A stretch of DNA of 64,000 nucleotides from an uncultured Candidatus Saccharibacteria bacterium (lineage in GTDB: Bacteria > Patescibacteriota > Saccharimonadia > Saccharimonadales > JACDBH01): positions 64,282 to 128,281 of the forward strand of contig CAZXYN010000001.1 in NCBI GenBank assembly GCA_964644965.1, written 5' to 3'. Below, piece by piece: positions 9,706 through 20,600 of the stretch (positions within the stretch are counted from its first letter, which is position 1; every line of letters starts with the position of its first letter). The notes under the pieces are model-generated. The model was not told where the DNA came from. It did no database searches and saw only the letters and a program-made list of their open reading frames with translations. A program made the position numbers and the translations under genes.

Positions 9706-9957
9706 GTGGATCAAGACAAAAGCCAATTCGAATTAGGAAAAATTGAGAAAGCTTTGCTAGCGGTAGTAGTAATTGCGCTGCTAGCAGCTGGTTTTTATGC
9801 CTGGTGGTCTGGTGAGAACAAAGAGAGGTCAATCAACTCTTTTCAGGAATGTGTTGCTGCTGGCAACCCAATCATGGAAAGCTACCCAGAACAATGCTCG
9901 GCTAATGGCCAGACTTTTACTAATCCCGATCAAGCATTATCATCTGAAAATTCCTAG
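9706..9957 (+). CDS. small membrane-anchored/secreted protein
   Basis: 83 aa with one N-terminal hydrophobic helix (ALLAVVVIALLAAGFYAWW). GTG start. Confidence 0.45.
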   Translation: MDQDKSQFELGKIEKALLAVVVIALLAAGFYAWWSGENKERSINSFQECVAAGNPIMESYPEQCSANGQTFTNPDQALSSENS

Positions 9958-9991
9958 ACAACTAGTTATCAAAACTTGTTACAATGTATAG

Positions 9992-11956
9992 ATGACAAAG
10001 TTTCAACTGCAGAGCAAATACAAGCCAGAGGGCGATCAGCCGGCGGCAATCGAGCGTATTACGCAGCTTGTTCGTGATGGCCAGAGAGAGCAGACGCTAC
10101 TTGGTGTTACTGGTTCTGGTAAGACATTTACGATGGCTAATGTCATCCAGAATATTCAGAAACCTACTCTGATACTGAGCCACAACAAGACACTAGCTGC
10201 ACAGTTGTATTCTGAATTTAAAACTTTTTTTCCGAATAACGCAGTTCATTATTTCGTGAGTTACTTCGATTACTACCAGCCAGAAGCCTATATCGCTCGC
10301 AGTGATACTTTTATTGAAAAAGATTCGCAGATAAATGAGGAGATTGATCGGCTTCGACATGCCGCAACCGATGCGTTGCTGACCCGCAAAGATGTAATCA
10401 TTGTTGCCAGCGTTAGCTGTATTTACGGTATCGGTTCGGTAGAAGACTACGAGGGCTTATCCGAAACTGTCAAGAAGGGCGAACGCAAGCAGCGCGACAA
10501 ATTCATTAGACACCTGACGGATATTCAATATCAGCGTAACGATATTGATTTTCATCGCAGTACTTTTCGGGTTCGTGGCGATGTAGTTGATGTATTTCCA
10601 GCTGGTGAAGAAGTCGCTTACAGAATTGAATTCTTTGGTGACGAGGTTGATAGAATCACAAAAGTCGATCCGCTGACCGGTGAAATTATTGCCGAGCTTG
10701 ATGAGATACAAATATTTCCGGGTTCACATTACGTAACGCCTTATGACAAGCTCAAAGTCGCACTTGGGCAGATTCAACAGGAGCTTGATGAGCGTTCTAA
10801 GGTCTTCGAAAAACAAAACAAGCTTATCGAAGCCCAACGCATCAAACAACGTACCAAGTTTGATCTAGAGATGTTAGAAGAGACAGGTTTTGTAAAGGGT
10901 ATTGAAAACTACAGTCGGTACCTGACTAACCGCGAACCGGGCGAGCAGCCTGCAACCCTCCTAGATTACTACCCGGATGACTTTTTGATGTTCATCGACG
11001 AATCCCATATGACTGTGCCGCAGGTGCGTGGTATGTACAACGGTGATCGAGCTCGCAAGGAAGTGCTAGTAGAGCACGGCTTTCGTTTGCCGAGTGCGCT
11101 CGATAACCGACCGCTTAATTTTGCCGAGTTTGAGAAACACATCAACCAAGTAGTTTATGTTAGTGCCACACCTGCTCAGTACGAGCTAGAAAGAAGTCCA
11201 GAGCCAGCCCAGCAGGTTATTCGTCCTACAGGACTAATCGATCCGCCAATTGAGGTTCGTAAGATTGAGGGTCAGATAGATGATTTGATTAACGAGATTA
11301 GAGACACAATTGCCAAGCGCCAGCGAGTGCTGGTAACAACACTTACGAAACGCATGTCAGAGGATCTGACAGATTACCTAAAAGAAATTAACATCAAGGT
11401 TACTTATCTTCATAGCGATGTCGATACGCTTGATAGGACTGATATTCTGCGTGATCTTAGGCTTGGCATATACGATGTAGTTGTCGGCATCAACTTACTG
11501 CGAGAAGGATTAGACTTACCAGAAGTATCGCTAGTTGCGATTCTGGATGCAGATAAGGAAGGATTCTTACGAAGTGAACAAGCGCTGATTCAGACGGTTG
11601 GGCGGGCGGCACGTCACGTAGAAGGTCGTGTAATCATGTACGCTGACAATATTACCGGTAGTATGCAACGTACAATCGATGAAACAAATCGTCGCCGCAA
11701 AATTCAAGAAGCCTACAACAAGAAGCATGGAATCACGCCCGAGGGTATCAGTAAATCAGTAGAAAAAGGTATGCGTCCGGACTTGCCAGAAGAGGCCAAA
11801 AAAGCCAAGCTTGATCTCAAGAAAATTCCAAAAGAAGAATACAAACATCTCATCAAAGATTTATCGGCACAAATGGACCTGGCAGCTGCAAATCTACAGT
11901 TTGAAAAAGCTGCCGAACTCCGCGATATAATTAATGACGTAAAATCGAAACTCTAG
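9992..11956 (+). CDS. uvrB: excinuclease ABC subunit B
   Basis: [12 protein letters not shown] Walker [15 protein letters not shown], helicase C motifs and a C-terminal UVR domain ([11 protein letters not shown]). Confidence 0.96.
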   Translation: MTKFQLQSKYKPEGDQPAAIERITQLVRDGQREQTLLGVTGSGKTFTMANVIQNIQKPTLILSHNKTLAAQLYSEFKTFFPNNAVHYFVSYFDYYQPEAYIARSDTFIEKDSQINEEIDRLRHAATDALLTRKDVIIVASVSCIYGIGSVEDYEGLSETVKKGERKQRDKFIRHLTDIQYQRNDIDFHRSTFRVRGDVVDVFPAGEEVAYRIEFFGDEVDRITKVDPLTGEIIAELDEIQIFPGSHYVTPYDKLKVALGQIQQELDERSKVFEKQNKLIEAQRIKQRTKFDLEMLEETGFVKGIENYSRYLTNREPGEQPATLLDYYPDDFLMFIDESHMTVPQVRGMYNGDRARKEVLVEHGFRLPSALDNRPLNFAEFEKHINQVVYVSATPAQYELERSPEPAQQVIRPTGLIDPPIEVRKIEGQIDDLINEIRDTIAKRQRVLVTTLTKRMSEDLTDYLKEINIKVTYLHSDVDTLDRTDILRDLRLGIYDVVVGINLLREGLDLPEVSLVAILDADKEGFLRSEQALIQTVGRAARHVEGRVIMYADNITGSMQRTIDETNRRRKIQEAYNKKHGITPEGISKSVEKGMRPDLPEEAKKAKLDLKKIPKEEYKHLIKDLSAQMDLAAANLQFEKAAELRDIINDVKSKL

Positions 11957-12024
11957 ATCTTTCAATAGTAACCAGAAAAGTCAATCTTCTGTGAGCTTTT
12001 GTAAGGTGTTATAATAGAGACTCA

Positions 12025-12318
12025 ATGACGAAGCTGAGTAGTGATGACATTTTAAAGTTGGCAAAATTAGCCCGACTACGTTTGAGTGAAGCCGAAGTTC
12101 ACGAGTTTCAAGATGAGATTAGTCAAATATTGGGCTATGTAGAAATGCTCGGTGATGTTGATACTGACGGACTCAAGCCCACCTATCAAGTAACCGGACT
12201 GATTAACGTTGTTCGTGCTGACAAAGAAAAAGATTACGGAGTCGATCAAAAGGCATTACTGAAAAATGCTCCAGACAAAAAGGACCACTATATTAAAGTT
12301 CGTAGGATGGTTGGCTAA
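12025..12318 (+). CDS. gatC: Asp/Glu-tRNA amidotransferase subunit C
   Basis: 97 aa with LAKLARLRLSEAEV...DTDGLKP pattern. TAATG overlap with gatA. Confidence 0.85.
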   Translation: MTKLSSDDILKLAKLARLRLSEAEVHEFQDEISQILGYVEMLGDVDTDGLKPTYQVTGLINVVRADKEKDYGVDQKALLKNAPDKKDHYIKVRRMVG

Positions 12319-13751
12319 TGAAGTGGGAAAAGATTTCCGAACTTGCCGCCCAAGTGCGTGCTGGTCAGCTGTCAGCTGCTGATTTAGTAGCAAAATCTCT
12401 TGGCAAGATTAAAGACGCCCAAGAGTATAAGGCGATTATCTCTACAACCGAAAGGCGAGCTCGCGAGCGAGCTGAATTTATCGATGAGTTAGTCCGCACC
12501 GGCAAAAATCCTGGACGTCTGGCTGGGGTGCCGTTTATAGCCAAAGATAATTTCTTGACATTTGGGGCGGACACTACTGCTGCTAGTAATATTCTAAAAG
12601 GCTTTGATGCACCGTATCAATCAACAGTGGTAGAAAGACTCGAGGCAGAGGGAGCGATTTGTGTTGCCAAGGCCAATCTAGATGCGTTTGCACACGGTTC
12701 TAGTACTGAAAACAGTGACTTTTTTACAACATTAAACCCACACGACAAACAGAGAGTACCAGGTGGAAGTTCTGGCGGTTCGGGTGCAGCTGTTGTGCTT
12801 GGCCTGGCACCGTTTGCACTTGGTTCGGACACAGGCGGTTCGATTCGCTTGCCAGCAAGCTTTTGTGGTGCTGTTGGACTCAAGCCTACCTATGGATTGA
12901 CATCTCGCAGTGGGGTTGTAGCCATGGCCAGCAGCCTTGACTGTATGGGTCTGCTGGCAACAAGAGTGGAAGATGCAGCACTCGTACTGGATGTCATAGC
13001 CGGCCGTGATGAGCTAGACAGTACAACTATCGAGCGTGACGAAACCAAATATACTGATCTTGATACAAACCTTCAGGGCAAGATCATAGGTGTCGTAAAA
13101 GAATATATGGGTGAAGGTTTGAATGACAGTGTCCGGGCAAATATTCAACTGGCAATCAACAACCTAGAAGCTGCTGGTGCCGTTATCAAAGAAGTTAGTG
13201 TACCATCGCTACCGCTTGCACTAGCTGTTTATTACGTTATCTGCCCGGCAGAAGTTAGCAGTAACCTTAGTCGCTATGATGGGCAACGATATGGCTTTAG
13301 CGACAAGACTGCAAAAGAACTTGACGACAGTTATGAGTTATCACGCGAAAAAGGCTTTGGTGCCGAGGCAAAACGAAGAATCATGATTGGTACTTATGTA
13401 CTAAGCTCTGGCTACTATGATGCTTATTACAAAAAAGCTCAGATCGTTAGAACCAAATTGATTAATGAGTTTGAAAATGCCTTTGAATCAGTAGATTTCC
13501 TGCTTGGGCCAACATCGCCAACTGTAGCTTTCAAAATTGGTGAAAATATAGATGATCCACTGAGCATGTACCTGACGGACATTATGACCGTCGCGGCAAA
13601 TCTCGTAGGTATTCCTGCAATTAGTGTGCCAGCCGGCGATCCGCTGGCCAGCGGAGATGGCCTGCCGATTGGTTTGCAGTTGATGGCTCCACAAAAAGCT
13701 GACAGAGCGCTACTAGGGATTGCTAAAGCCTATGAGGAGATTAACTCGTGA
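12318..13751 (+). CDS. gatA: Asp/Glu-tRNA amidotransferase subunit A
   Basis: Amidase signature GGSSGGSGAAV and GSDTGGSIRLPASFCG. Confidence 0.95.
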   Translation: MKWEKISELAAQVRAGQLSAADLVAKSLGKIKDAQEYKAIISTTERRARERAEFIDELVRTGKNPGRLAGVPFIAKDNFLTFGADTTAASNILKGFDAPYQSTVVERLEAEGAICVAKANLDAFAHGSSTENSDFFTTLNPHDKQRVPGGSSGGSGAAVVLGLAPFALGSDTGGSIRLPASFCGAVGLKPTYGLTSRSGVVAMASSLDCMGLLATRVEDAALVLDVIAGRDELDSTTIERDETKYTDLDTNLQGKIIGVVKEYMGEGLNDSVRANIQLAINNLEAAGAVIKEVSVPSLPLALAVYYVICPAEVSSNLSRYDGQRYGFSDKTAKELDDSYELSREKGFGAEAKRRIMIGTYVLSSGYYDAYYKKAQIVRTKLINEFENAFESVDFLLGPTSPTVAFKIGENIDDPLSMYLTDIMTVAANLVGIPAISVPAGDPLASGDGLPIGLQLMAPQKADRALLGIAKAYEEINS

Positions 13752-14158
13752 GCACTGAAGCAATAGTTGCTATTATCGGAGCTGCACTGGCGGTACTTGG
13801 GCTGATTACGTTTTTTGCTCGACGTCCGCGTAAAGAGCTGAATCGTGATTACTTCCAAGCCAAATGGAAAGAACTCCAAAAAGGTCTAAGCAAACAAGAG
13901 ATGTGGCCAATGGCAGTAATTCAGGCAGATAACCTGCTAGACGAAGCTCTTAAGAAAAGACGCTTTAAGGGTAAGACCATGGGCGAGCGTATGGTGTCTG
14001 CTCAGCGATCATTCTCCGATAACGATGCTGTTTGGTTTGCGCACAAGCTCCGCAACAAGCTGGTTCATGAAGTTGATACTAAGTTGACACAAAAAGACGT
14101 CCAAAAGGCGCTGTTTGGTCTGCGCCAAGCACTGCGAGATTTGGGGGCTATGAAATGA
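13748..14158 (+). CDS. membrane-anchored hypothetical protein inserted in the gatCAB operon
   Basis: GTGA overlap with the gatA stop, an N-terminal TM (AIVAIIGAALAVLGLITFF) and a C-terminal helical part containing LRNKLVHE (R-x4-H). Confidence 0.6.
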   Translation: MSTEAIVAIIGAALAVLGLITFFARRPRKELNRDYFQAKWKELQKGLSKQEMWPMAVIQADNLLDEALKKRRFKGKTMGERMVSAQRSFSDNDAVWFAHKLRNKLVHEVDTKLTQKDVQKALFGLRQALRDLGAMK

Positions 14159-14271
14159 AATTTTCAATTCTTAATTTTCAATTCTCATTCAATATCCAAT
14201 ATCCCAATGATTCAAACAGCGCAGCTTTGCTGCTGCCTTCATTGAAAATTGTAAATTGTAAATTGAAAATT
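14159..14271. repeat. AT-rich imperfect palindromic element with a GC hairpin core
   Basis: AATTTTCAATT twice (14159, 14173) and its complement (A)ATTGAAAATT twice (14241, 14261). Tandem 7-mers CAATATC x2 and GTAAATT x2. Central GCAGCtttGCTGC at 14221-14233. Confidence 0.8.
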
Positions 14272-14281
14272 GGAGCGGTGT

Positions 14282-15718
14282 ATGGCTAATAAATATACCG
14301 CTACCATTGGTATCGAGTGTCATGTGCAGCTCAAAACCCGCACCAAACTATTTGCTGCTGTTAGTAATGATGCCCGTAACGCCGAACCAAATAGGCTCAT
14401 CAGCCATATATGTTTGGGTATGCCTGGTGCGCTACCGGTGCTCAACGAAGCGGCTGTCGAGCTAGCATCTAAAGCTGCCTTTGCACTGAATACTAGACCG
14501 CAAAAGTTCAGTAAATTTGATCGCAAGCATTATTTCTATCCAGATTTGCCAATGGGTTATCAAATCAGTCAGTTCGATGAACCAATTGTGCTCGGCGGAC
14601 ACGTCGACATAGAAGTTAATGGACAGAAGAAGCGCATTGGTATCACCAGAGCTCATTTAGAGGCTGACGCTGGCAAATCTACTCATCCAAATGGCAAAGA
14701 TTATAGTCTTGTAGATTTGAATCGTGCTGGTACGCCACTACTCGAGATCGTATCAGAGCCAGAAATTCATACTTCGGCCGAGGCTCGCGAGTATGCCCAC
14801 GAGCTGTATCTACTAATGAAATACGCTGGTGTAAGTGATGTCGATCTTTATCATGGAAACATGCGGTTTGATGTCAATGTTTCACTCAGTACGTCAGAAG
14901 AACTCGGCACTAGGACCGAAACCAAGAATTTGAACTCATTTAAATCTGTCGAAAAGGCAGTGGAATATGAAATCGCTCGGCAAGCAAAGTTGCTTGATAA
15001 CGGGGAGAAGATTGTTCAAGAAACCCGAGGTTGGGATGATGCAAAGCAACAAACCGTCAGTCAGCGTAGTAAAGAAGACGCTCATGACTATCGCTACTTC
15101 CCAGATCCTGATCTGCCACCAATTGTACTCGACGATAAGTTCATTACTCGCGTGGAAGCAGATATGCCGGAGATGCCGAATGTGCTCCGCGGTGCATTCA
15201 TTGACTTAAAGCTAGACAGCTCTCAGGTAAATACACTGCTCGAAGAACCAGATATAGCCCACTTCATTCAGTCGACGATTGATAGCCATGGCGTCAGCAG
15301 TGCTAAATTAATCGCAAACTGGCTGACAGGTGACGTCACACGACTAGTATCGGAACAAGCTGTTGAATGGAGTACGGTGATTGAACGATCTCAGCAGCTG
15401 TTTACACTTGTAAGTATGGTAGATAGCAACCTACTGAGCTCTACCGCCGCTAAAGAGGTTCTTGAAGAAGTACTAAGGTCTGGTGAAGATCCAAAAAAGA
15501 TCGCCGAGGACAAGAACCTAATTCAAGAATCTGATGAAGATGCTCTAATCATGATCGTTCAGCAGGTGTTGAGTGATAACCAAAAGGCTGCTGAGGATGT
15601 GAAGAACGGCGAGATGAAAGCGATTGGATTCCTGGTCGGCCAAGCTATGAAAGCATCCCAGGGCAAGGCCAACCCGAGCGTAGTACAATCAATCATAAAA
15701 AAGTTGTTAGGAGCTTAG
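14282..15718 (+). CDS. gatB: Asp/Glu-tRNA amidotransferase subunit B
   Basis: IGIECHVQL, RAHLEADAGK, YRYFPDPDLPP and a C-terminal GatB/YqeY domain. ATG at 14282 preferred over TTG at 14270. Confidence 0.95.
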   Translation: MANKYTATIGIECHVQLKTRTKLFAAVSNDARNAEPNRLISHICLGMPGALPVLNEAAVELASKAAFALNTRPQKFSKFDRKHYFYPDLPMGYQISQFDEPIVLGGHVDIEVNGQKKRIGITRAHLEADAGKSTHPNGKDYSLVDLNRAGTPLLEIVSEPEIHTSAEAREYAHELYLLMKYAGVSDVDLYHGNMRFDVNVSLSTSEELGTRTETKNLNSFKSVEKAVEYEIARQAKLLDNGEKIVQETRGWDDAKQQTVSQRSKEDAHDYRYFPDPDLPPIVLDDKFITRVEADMPEMPNVLRGAFIDLKLDSSQVNTLLEEPDIAHFIQSTIDSHGVSSAKLIANWLTGDVTRLVSEQAVEWSTVIERSQQLFTLVSMVDSNLLSSTAAKEVLEEVLRSGEDPKKIAEDKNLIQESDEDALIMIVQQVLSDNQKAAEDVKNGEMKAIGFLVGQAMKASQGKANPSVVQSIIKKLLGA

Positions 15719-16618
15719 ATGTCACAGCCTGTTAGGAAAGCAGTCATAGCCGCTGCCGGTTTTGGTATTCGCTTTTTGCCGCAAACCAAAGCTATGCCAA
15801 AGGAAATGCTGCCACTTATTGATAAACCTATCATCCAGTACATTGTTGAAGAGCTCGTCGAAGCGGGCATACAGGACATCATTATTGTCACTGGCTATCA
15901 CAAACGTTCTATTGAAGACCATTTTGATCACCTTAGCGCTGATTTGCGTGCAAATCTAAAACAAGGTAATAAATTGGAACTTCTAGAACAAACAAAGCGA
16001 ATCTCCGACCTTGCGAACTTTGTTTATATCAGGCAAAAAGGTCCGTATGGGAACGCAACACCAATCATGAACGCTGAACATCTAATCAGCGGTGAGCCAT
16101 TTATTTATGCGTTTGCCGATGACTTTGTTAAGGCCGAACCAGTTAGATTCAAGCAAATGGTAGAACTCTATAATGAACTACAAGGCTCGGTACTTACTTG
16201 TGTTCGAGCCCAATCAGATGCCGACTACAAGCGCTATGGATTTATAGGTGGCCAACAAATTAGAGATGGTGTAACTTTGATGAACAAAATTATCGAGAAG
16301 CCGGGCTCAAGAGACCAGGCACCTTCAGATATTGCCTCTGTGGGTGGTTATATTTTTGAACCAACATTATTTGATTATTTGCACAAGCAGAGCGAACAGC
16401 TAGAGCAAGGTGTGGAGTTCAATATGCAGGAAAGTATGCAGAAAATGATGGAAGACGGACATTCCATGTACGGTTATGAAGTGCCCGGCGGAGTCTACTA
16501 TGATACTGGTAATAAACTCGAGTATCTCAAGACGGTTGCGGATTTTGCACTCGACCATGAAGAGCTTGGTCCAGACTTTGAGGCTTTCTTAAGAAAAAGG
16601 CTAGAAAAGAAAAATTAA
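15719..16618 (+). CDS. galU: UTP--glucose-1-phosphate uridylyltransferase
   Basis: AAGFGIRFLPQTKAMPKEMLPLIDKPIIQYIVEE. Starts immediately after the gatB stop. Confidence 0.9.
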   Translation: MSQPVRKAVIAAAGFGIRFLPQTKAMPKEMLPLIDKPIIQYIVEELVEAGIQDIIIVTGYHKRSIEDHFDHLSADLRANLKQGNKLELLEQTKRISDLANFVYIRQKGPYGNATPIMNAEHLISGEPFIYAFADDFVKAEPVRFKQMVELYNELQGSVLTCVRAQSDADYKRYGFIGGQQIRDGVTLMNKIIEKPGSRDQAPSDIASVGGYIFEPTLFDYLHKQSEQLEQGVEFNMQESMQKMMEDGHSMYGYEVPGGVYYDTGNKLEYLKTVADFALDHEELGPDFEAFLRKRLEKKN

Positions 16619-16652
16619 CATCCTTTGAAAGCTACTGTATAATAGCTTCCAT

Positions 16653-16916
16653 ATGGAGACATCAGTTTTAGTACTAATCATGTTATTGTCAGTAACGCTG
16701 ATAATTTTTCTGATATGCGCAATCATTTTATTTTCTGGACTAATTAAGCTTACAAACTCACTTAGGCAAATTGCAGAAAAGGCAGACGGAATAGTCGATA
16801 ATGTCGAGGCAGCAGCAGCAACTTTCCGAAGTGTTGCGGGTCCACTCACCGCTGGCAAATTCATTATGAACGTTGTCGATATGGTAAGTAATAAGTCAAA
16901 GAAAGGAAAACATTAA
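16653..16916 (+). CDS. small membrane protein, DUF948-like
   Basis: 87 aa with an N-terminal TM and a helical tail. Sits directly before a YtxH-type gene, as in many Gram-positive genomes. Confidence 0.5.
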   Translation: METSVLVLIMLLSVTLIIFLICAIILFSGLIKLTNSLRQIAEKADGIVDNVEAAAATFRSVAGPLTAGKFIMNVVDMVSNKSKKGKH

Positions 16917-16917
16917 A

Positions 16918-17322
16918 ATGAGCAAAGGTACAGGTAGTAAAGTAGCTATGGGCGCAGCAATCGCTGGTCTTATCGGTTATGTAGCCGGAGTACTTACTGC
17001 TCCAAAGAGTGGTAAAGAAACACGTACAGATATAAAGAACGCAACTGCTAAGGCTAAGACTGAGGCAGAAAAGAAGCTCAAAGAGCTTCATAGTGAACTC
17101 AATGTTCGACTTGAAGAGGCAAAAAAAAAGGCCAGCGAACTAAGCGGCAAAGCAAAAGTTGAGTTAGAAAAAGTTATTGCATCAGCTGACGCGGTTAAGG
17201 AAAAAATCCGTGAGCTACTAAGTGCGTTACACGATGGTGATGCTGACGATCCCGATCTCAAAAAAGCACTAAAGGACGCCAATGATGCCCTTAAAAATCT
17301 TGAAAAATTCGTCAAAAAATAA
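16918..17322 (+). CDS. YtxH-domain protein
   Basis: GAAIAGLIGYVAGVLTAPKSGKETR motif followed by a Lys/Glu-rich coiled coil. Confidence 0.65.
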   Translation: MSKGTGSKVAMGAAIAGLIGYVAGVLTAPKSGKETRTDIKNATAKAKTEAEKKLKELHSELNVRLEEAKKKASELSGKAKVELEKVIASADAVKEKIRELLSALHDGDADDPDLKKALKDANDALKNLEKFVKK

Positions 17323-17587
17323 AGAAAAAAAGTACATAAAAAAGACTGACTACGAGAAGTTTGGTCGCTATATGTCAGAAGTTTATGAAACAGGCTATTT
17401 TGACAGAGGCCGCATGTTTAGATACGCTTTTATTAAAGGCATATTCAGTGGACTTGGCGGTATAATTGGCGCGACTATTGTCTTTGCTCTACTGCTTTGG
17501 GTCTTGTCGTTCTTTGATTCTATACCTCTGGTCGGAAACTTCGTTCAACAGGTAGAGAGTAGTGTCGAGACTACCCAAGGGTTGTAA
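17282..17587 (+). CDS. small membrane protein (DUF5665-like)
   Basis: YETGYFDRGRMFRYAFIKGIFSGLGGIIGATIV pattern. The start is uncertain and could instead be the internal ATG near 17371. Confidence 0.5.
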   Translation: MMPLKILKNSSKNKEKKYIKKTDYEKFGRYMSEVYETGYFDRGRMFRYAFIKGIFSGLGGIIGATIVFALLLWVLSFFDSIPLVGNFVQQVESSVETTQGL

Positions 17588-17635
17588 TATAGACCACTGA
17601 AAAAATACTAACTTTCCTCTATAATGTAGACACCG

Positions 17636-20600
17636 ATGAGCTCTAAGAGGGAAACGCTAAAGCCGAGTGACTATGTGCATTTGCACAACCACACTCATTA
17701 CAGTTTGCTGGATGGACTAACCAAACTACCGGCGTTGTTTGATTATGTCAAAAAAACAGGTATGAAAGCGGTTGCTATGACCGACCATGGCACGTTGTCA
17801 GGGTTAATTGAATTCTATAAGGAAGCAAGAGTAAACGACATAAAGCCAATTATGGGCATGGAAACCTATATTGCACCCCGTAAACACACTGACAAAGAAG
17901 CTGGCAAAGACAAACAGTATTTCCATGCAATTCTGATTGCCATGAATATGACTGGCTATCAAAATCTTATGCGACTAAGCACCATCGCTAACCTGGATGG
18001 ATTTTATTACAAGCCCCGGATCGACCACGACTTGCTAGAGAAGTACAACGAAGGCATTATCGTGCTTAGCGGTTGTATAGGTGGTGAGGTAGGCGATGCC
18101 ATTCGTCAAGGGCAGTACGATCAAGCCAAGCAAGCTGCAAGCTGGTACAAAAAAGTTTTCGGTGATCGCTATTATTTAGAAGTACAAGACAATGGTCACC
18201 CCAAACATCCGAAGGCGTGGGATGAGCAAGTTAGCGTGAATGAGCAAGTGTTTAAACTAGCAGAGGAACTTGATATCCCTTGTGTACTTACTTGCGATGC
18301 CCACTATCTGACGCATGAAGATCAAGAAGCTCATGAGATTCTGCTTTGTGTACAGACGGGTGCATATCTGTCAGACGCAAACCGAATGAGCCTCGCTAAT
18401 ATGGAGCTTCATGTTACCGATCCGGTTGAGTTGATTGAGCGTTGGGGTGCAGAGCGTCCGGATGTTATCACCAACAGTAAGGCAATTGCCGATAGGTGTG
18501 ACATAACAATTGAGCTTGGTAAGATTTTGATCCCCAACTTCCCAGTCCCGAAAAAAGAGACCGAAAAAAGTTATCTGCACAAGCTTGTCTACAGAGGTCT
18601 GGTTTGGCGTTACACTAACACCCCAGAGGAAGAAACGCATGAAATGTCAGTTGCTGCTGCTAAAAAGCTTCTACCTAAAGATGTTCTTGCACGATCTGAA
18701 TATGAATTAGGTGTTATTGAGAATATGGGCTTCAACGGTTATTTTTTAATTATCTGGGACTTTATAAAGTGGGGCAAAGACCAAGGTATCGTATTTGGCC
18801 CAGGTCGCGGCTCGGCAGCGGGTTCTATTGTTGCCTATAGCCTTCGGATTACCGAACTCGACCCTATTGGTTATGATTTGCTGTTTGAGCGATTCCTGAA
18901 CCCAGACCGTATTAGCATGCCCGATATCGACATCGATATTCAGGACACTAGACGCGCCGAAGTGATTCAATACTGTGTCGAAAAATATGGTTCTGAGCGC
19001 GTAGCCAACATCGTAACTTTTGGAAAAATGGCCGCTCGTAATGCTGTGAGAGACGTTGCTCGAGTGCTGCAGGTTCCATATGCAGAAGCCGATAGATTAG
19101 CCAAAATGATCCCGCCTCCAATCCAAGGCCGACATATACCACTAGCTACTTCAATCGTCGAGAATGCCGATTTGCGTAAAGAAAACGAAACCAATGAACA
19201 ATCAGCCCGAGTCTTCTCACTGGCGACAAAGCTGGAGGGTACAATCAGAAGCCACGGTGTTCATGCAGCCGGTGTGGTGATTGCCCCAGACGACATTGTC
19301 AAGTTCGTGCCGCTCGAAATGGCTCAAAAAGGTGTGGTGGCAACCCAGTATTCAATGAATCCTATTGAGGAGCTTGGGCTACTTAAGATGGACTTTTTAG
19401 GACTATCTAACTTAACAGTTATAAAAAACGCTCTGCGCATTATCAAGAAGGTATACAAGAAAGATATTGATATAAATGCCGTGTCACTAGACGACAAAGA
19501 AACTTACGAGCTACTACAAAGAGGTGATACAACCGGGGTATTTCAGCTTGAATCTTCTGGTATGAAACGCTATCTCAAGGACCTAAAACCGACTGAATTT
19601 AGCGATATTGTTGCAATGTGTGCCTTGTATCGACCTGGTCCGTTAACGGCTGGACTGACCGATTCATTTGTGAAGCGCAAAAATGGTCAAGAAGAAGTGA
19701 CTTATGATCACGAACTAGCCAAAAATGCTCTGCAAACAACCTACGGGGTTATTGTCTATCAGGAACAAGTTATGCAGATGAGTAAGGAAATGTGTGGTTT
19801 TACTGGTGGAGAAGCTGACACACTTCGTAAGGCAATCGGCAAGAAAAATCGCGATGTCATGAACAAAATGGGGCAGCAGTTTATTGATGGAGCAGTTGCT
19901 AACGGTGTACCCCAGAAAACTGTTGAAAAAATCTGGAAAGACATTCTTGGTTTTGCCGACTATGCGTTCAATAAATCTCATTCGGCTTGCTATGCGTTAA
20001 TCGCCTACCAGACGGCATATCTAAAGGCTCATTACCCATCGGCATTTATGGCGGCACTGATGACCAGCGACTATGATGATACAGATAGGCTTAGTGTCGA
20101 GATTGCCGAATGTAAGCATGTTGGCATTGATGTATTACCGCCAGATGTAAATGAATCATTTGTCGAGTTTGCGGTCGTACCAACAGGTGATCCTCTTCAT
20201 GATCCAATTCGGTTTGGTATGAATGCCGTAAAGAACGTTGGTACTGGAGCGGTTGAAGAAATCTTGCATGCTCGAGAAGAGGGCAGGTTCGAGAAGCTTG
20301 AAGATGTTTTCTCACGCGTAAGTCCGCGTCTATTCAATCGAAAGGCTTTAGAGAGTCTAATCAAAGCTGGTGCGTTTGATAGGTTTGGTGACCGAGTACA
20401 GCTACTTCATAATGCTGATGCTTTGCTGGCTTTTGCAAACCGCATTCAAAAGGAGCGTACGGCAGGACAGGTTGGCTTATTTGCCGATGAAGCTACTAGT
20501 GGTATGGAGCCACGAATCATACTAGATTCAGCTACTGTTAGTGTTAACAAACAAGAGCAGCTCAAGTGGGAACGTGAGCTACTGGGTCTATACCTATCAG

